From an uncultured Candidatus Binatia bacterium (GTDB taxonomy: Bacteria; Desulfobacterota; Binatia; UBA9968; JAJDTQ01): a stretch of 64,000 nucleotides of DNA. The notes under the pieces are model-generated. The model had not been told where the DNA came from, ran no database searches, and saw only the letters and a program-made list of their open reading frames with translations. Shown here one piece after another: positions 61,478 to 64,000 of the stretch (positions are counted from its first letter, which is position 1; each line of letters opens with the position of its first letter). The position numbers and the translations under genes were made by a program. The stretch lies in contig OZ219754.1 of assembly GCA_964291295.2 (NCBI GenBank), positions 3,296,001-3,360,000 of the forward strand. Reading direction: 5' to 3'.

Positions 61478-61748
61478 GTGCGGCACACCGGCGCCGGCCA
61501 AGAGGCCTGCGTCGCAGGGGAGTTCGGGAGGTGACGGGTCGGGTCCCATGTCCGGCGTTTCGTCCGGAATGCCGGACAGGTGCGGCCTTGTCTCATCTTT
61601 GGACACGCATGGGGCACCACGATTGGTACTCTGATATTGGCACTCTGATGAATCTCCGTCCCACGAGCAGGATCCCTGCCCCGCAGTATCCCTGTCCCAC
61701 GAGAATTTTCCGCGGCTCAGGCTCCTGTTTGCTGCCCTGTTTCCCGCC

Positions 61749-62780
61749 CTATTTGCTGCCCCGTTTCCCGCCGGGCAACTCCTGGTGGCCGCCGAACTGG
61801 AAGCGCATGGCCGAAAGCAGCTTGTCGGCGAAGTCCGCCTCGCCGCGGGAACTGAACCGCTCGAACAGCGCCGCGGTCAGGACGTGGGCGGGCACCGCCT
61901 CGTCCACCGCCGCCTGCACGGTCCACCGTCCCTCCCCGGAATCGGACACCCGGCCCGCGAACCGCTCGAGCCCGGGGTCCTCCAGGAGCGCGTTGGCGGT
62001 GAGGTCCAGGAGCCAGGACGCCACCACGCTGCCGCGGCGCCACAGCTCCGCCACCTCTCCCAGATCAAAGTCGTACTGATAGTGCTCGGGGGCCCTCAAG
62101 GGCGTCTGCTCCGCGCTGGCCTCGTGTCCCTGCTTGCCGGCGTTGGCGTGCTTCAGGATGTTGAAGCCTTCGGCGTAGGCCGCCATGATGCCGTACTCGA
62201 TGCCATTGTGGATCATCTTGACGAAGTGACCGGCGCCGTTGGGGCCGCAGTGCAGGTAACCGTGCTCCGCCGTGCCCCTGCCCGGCTCCCGGCCCGGAGT
62301 GCGCGGCGCCTCGTCGATGTCGGGCGCGAGCGCCGCGAAGATCGAATCCAGATGCTTCACCACGCCCGTCTCGCCGCCGATCATCTGGCAATAGCCGCGC
62401 TCAAGGCCCCAGACGCCGCCGCTGGTGCCCACGTCGACGTAGTGAATGCCCTTGAGGGCCAGTTCCCTGGCCCGCCGGATGTCGTCGATGTAGTACGAGT
62501 TGCCGCCGTCGATGATGATGTCGTCCTCCTCCAGAAAGGCGACAAAGGACTCGATGGTCCGGTCCACCACCGCCGCCGGCACCATCATCCATACCGTCCG
62601 GGGCTTCTCAAGCTGCGCCGCCAGTTCCTCCAGCGAACCGCTCCCCGCCGCACCCGCCTCCACCAGCCCCCGGACCGCGCCGGCATGGCGGTCGAAAGCC
62701 ACCACCTGGTGCCCGGCCGTGATCAGCCGCCTCGCCATGTTGCCGCCCATTCTTCCCAGACCGATGATGCCCACCTGCAT
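61749..62780 (-). CDS. gnd: decarboxylating 6-phosphogluconate dehydrogenase (short YqeC type)
   Basis: GLGRMG, DGGNS, GTSGG, GHFVKMIHNGIEYG, SDSGEGRWT, RFQFGGH. Confidence 0.95.
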   Translation of the reverse strand: MQVGIIGLGRMGGNMARRLITAGHQVVAFDRHAGAVRGLVEAGAAGSGSLEELAAQLEKPRTVWMMVPAAVVDRTIESFVAFLEEDDIIIDGGNSYYIDDIRRARELALKGIHYVDVGTSGGVWGLERGYCQMIGGETGVVKHLDSIFAALAPDIDEAPRTPGREPGRGTAEHGYLHCGPNGAGHFVKMIHNGIEYGIMAAYAEGFNILKHANAGKQGHEASAEQTPLRAPEHYQYDFDLGEVAELWRRGSVVASWLLDLTANALLEDPGLERFAGRVSDSGEGRWTVQAAVDEAVPAHVLTAALFERFSSRGEADFADKLLSAMRFQFGGHQELPGGKRGSK

Positions 62781-62954
62781 GCGAACCTCCCTGAAGAAGC
62801 TGTGTTGTAGAAGCTGCGTTGTCGCCCGACAAACCGTTTTGACGGCGCCGTCCCGTCCCGCTGCATCTTAGCACAGGAACCGTTCCGACATGCCACGAAG
62901 CCGGCCTGAGCATGATGGCGTTGCCCTCGTGGATACGCTACAGTGGCCGCCTCC

Positions 62955-64000
62955 ATGTACGCTCCCATCGAGAACTACGGGGTCATCGGCGACCTTCACA
63001 CCGTCGCCCTGGTAGGCAACAACGGCTCCATCGACTGGCTCTGCTACCCGCGCTTCGACTCACCCAGCATCTTCGCCGCGGTGCTCGACGACGCCAGGGG
63101 CGGGCGTTTCGTCATCGGCTCCGACACGGACAATGTCACCTGCCGCCAATTGTACCTGCCGGACACCAACATCCTGATCACGCGCTTCATGACCGAGGAA
63201 GGCGTCAGCGAGGTCATGGACTTCATGGTCCCGGGGCCGGCCGACGAGAACTACCACGGCCGCATCGTGCGTATCGCCAAGGTCGTGCGCGGCACCATGT
63301 CGCTCAGGCTCCAGTGCAGTCCGGCATTCGACTACGGACGCGCGGCGCACACGGTGGAGGTTCGCGGCAACCGGGCCGTGTTCCGGAGCGGCGGGCTCGG
63401 CTGCCTGCTGCACGTGTCCCAGCGGGGCCGGCACGCCGCCGTGTCCATCGCTCCCGACGGCAACGGCGGCGTGCTGGCCCGGGGAACCCTGCGCGAGAAC
63501 AGCGTGCTGGCGGCGGTGTTCCAGGGTGTCACCGCCGGCGGCGACGATGCGTGTCCGGATGTGGAGGGCTGTCTCGCTCTGCTGGAAGACACCGAACGGT
63601 ACTGGCATCAGTGGCTCCGGCAGTCCCGCTACACCGGCCGCTGGCGCGAGATGGTGGACCGCTCGGCCCTGGTGCTGAAGCTCCTGTGCTACGAGCCGTC
63701 CGGCGCCATCGTGGCGGCGCCCACCTGCAGCCTGCCGGAGGACATCGGCGGGGTGCGCAACTGGGACTACCGCTACACCTGGATCCGCGACGCCAGCTTC
63801 AGCCTCTACGGCCTCATGCGGCTGGGCTTCACCTATGAAGCCGGCCGGTTCATGGACTGGCTCAAGGAGCGCTGCGGCGACCTGAAACCCGACGGCTCGC
63901 TGCAGATCATGTACGGCATCCGCGGCGAGAAACACATCCCGGAGACCACCCTCGACCACTGGGAGGGCTATCGGAAGTCCGCTCCGGTGCGCATCGGCAA
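62955..64000 (+). CDS. glycoside hydrolase family 15 (trehalase/glucoamylase-like), truncated by window end
   Basis: [16 protein letters not shown]...[38 protein letters not shown]. Confidence 0.93.
   Translation, partial: MYAPIENYGVIGDLHTVALVGNNGSIDWLCYPRFDSPSIFAAVLDDARGGRFVIGSDTDNVTCRQLYLPDTNILITRFMTEEGVSEVMDFMVPGPADENYHGRIVRIAKVVRGTMSLRLQCSPAFDYGRAAHTVEVRGNRAVFRSGGLGCLLHVSQRGRHAAVSIAPDGNGGVLARGTLRENSVLAAVFQGVTAGGDDACPDVEGCLALLEDTERYWHQWLRQSRYTGRWREMVDRSALVLKLLCYEPSGAIVAAPTCSLPEDIGGVRNWDYRYTWIRDASFSLYGLMRLGFTYEAGRFMDWLKERCGDLKPDGSLQIMYGIRGEKHIPETTLDHWEGYRKSAPVRIG

Overview
High-GC bacterial contig. The gene content (amidohydrolase, UbiD, M20, Dpp ABC transporter, GMC oxidoreductase, RTX protein, FN3 autotransporter, decayed IS elements) resembles marine or host-associated Deltaproteobacteria/Binatia-type genomes; this is inference only. 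Housekeeping and metabolic blocks are interrupted by three accessory regions. (1) 14.9-25.1 kb is a single-strand type I R-M operon (hsdM...hsdS...hsdR) packed with cargo. It carries a PIN domain fused to HsdM, with the displaced old hsdM 3' end still sitting downstream, an ATPase/partner pair resembling MAD3/MAD4, hicB with a frameshifted hicA, a one-TRD HsdS, an almost entirely deleted darT, a DarG-type macrodomain in frame with DUF433, and a second PIN gene. (2) 28.5-35.4 kb holds an RTX Ca-binding protein behind a promoter with a G10 tract in its spacer, a duplicated RTX 3' end, a large serine recombinase relic, a FitAB-type TA pair and IS scraps. (3) 46.1-54.5 kb holds a DUF4338-ISAs1 relic, a 1.8k-aa autotransporter with a C14 tract between its best start codon and its body, and a ygfZ-like pseudogene. 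Also present are tandem carboxyltransferase paralogs with mosaic identity, a folM-folX/B-folK block, a sigma54 promoter-DegP-two-component module, a divergent RpoD-like sigma factor, and many 10-17 bp tandem duplications. I found no rRNA, intact tRNA or CRISPR array. All family calls come from motif recognition by eye, not from database searches.
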